This document shows, one piece after another, positions 27,088 to 27,577 of a stretch of DNA of 27,577 nucleotides. A program made the translations under genes and the position numbers. Positions within the stretch are counted from its first letter, which is position 1, and each line of letters begins with the position of its first letter. A model generated the notes under the pieces. It searched no databases. It was given only the letters and a program-made list of their open reading frames with translations, and had not been told where the DNA came from. Origin of the DNA: a bacterium (GTDB lineage Bacteria; Cyanobacteriota; Vampirovibrionia; Gastranaerophilales; Gastranaerophilaceae); contig CAVEOW010000001.1 in the NCBI GenBank assembly GCA_963617295.1, forward strand, positions 1 through 27,577, read 5' to 3'.

Positions 27088-27570
27088 ATGGAAGATATAA
27101 ATATGATTGTATGGTATGAAGATGATAAACTTAAAATTGAATTTGACAGAGAGCCAAAAGTAGGGATATCATACCCTTATCCTTTTTATTCTAAACGTGA
27201 AAATAAAACATTAATTGAAAAATGCTTTACGCTTAAAAATGATATTAATGTATTTATAACTTACAAAGGTAAAAAATACTCTTTTGGAATAAAAAACGGT
27301 TATTGTTGGGACGGGGCAACTATCCCACGCTTATTTTGGAGAATAATCGGAAGTAACACTGACCCGCATTTTATCATAGCTTCAATGTTGCATGATGTTT
27401 TGTGCGAAAATCATTACTATATTCAAAATAACCGCTATCTATCTACTTTAGTACTTGAAAAGTGTTTAAAAGTCGGCGGAGTCGGAAGTTTTAAACGCTG
27501 GTTAATGAAACATTCCGTTGATAATTTTCAAAAACTTTTTGGCAGAGATTTAAACAAAAGAAAGTGGTAA
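27088..27570 (+). CDS. DUF1353-domain protein
   Basis: GYCWDGATIPRLFWRIIG...ASMLHDVL motif. Confidence 0.8.
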   Translation: MEDINMIVWYEDDKLKIEFDREPKVGISYPYPFYSKRENKTLIEKCFTLKNDINVFITYKGKKYSFGIKNGYCWDGATIPRLFWRIIGSNTDPHFIIASMLHDVLCENHYYIQNNRYLSTLVLEKCLKVGGVGSFKRWLMKHSVDNFQKLFGRDLNKRKW

Positions 27571-27577
27571 TAATGAC

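Larger units (their letters stand above)
2731..27577 (+). mobile_element. Prophage remnant: contractile-tail (myophage) head-neck-tail-baseplate-fibre module, continuing past window end
   Basis: About 30 co-oriented, tightly coupled genes in canonical morphogenesis order; no terminase, portal or integrase in window. Confidence 0.92.

Noticed and set aside
1200..27577. A single intact transposable (Mu-like) phage
   Set aside because: MuA/MuB are fragments joined mid-gene to a DUF2213/DUF2184 head module unlike Mu's; two separate elements fit better, though this is not proven

Overview
AT-rich bacterial window; the host is probably a Melainabacteria/Gastranaerophilales-like organism (inferred from the cyanobacterial-style NarL C-terminus and composition, unverified). 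It opens with the 3' end of a NarL/LuxR regulator, tRNA-Ser(TGA), candidate transposon-end motifs and an SMR efflux gene. A Mu-type DDE transposase follows, cut off and joined to the C-terminal half of a MuB-like ATPase, which is joined to the C-terminal half of a DUF2213 prohead protease, giving two apparent deletion junctions (~2461 and ~2730). The remaining ~25 kb is an almost intact myophage morphogenesis operon (scaffold, decoration, DUF2184-type capsid, neck, DUF3383 sheath, tube, frameshifted chaperone, short tape measure, baseplate, fibres, HNH, DUF1353). No integrase, terminase or portal is visible in the window. The most interesting signal is a set of inserted cargo modules in the head/neck region that share short amphipathic helices and recurrent [VIL]xN sites. 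One encodes an LPD3/BECR-like RNase whose leader is cut off by a -1 shift in an A6 run and which faces a convergent promoter-stem-U-tract small RNA, a candidate virion-packaged toxin with an RNA antitoxin. All family assignments come from motif recognition, not database searches.
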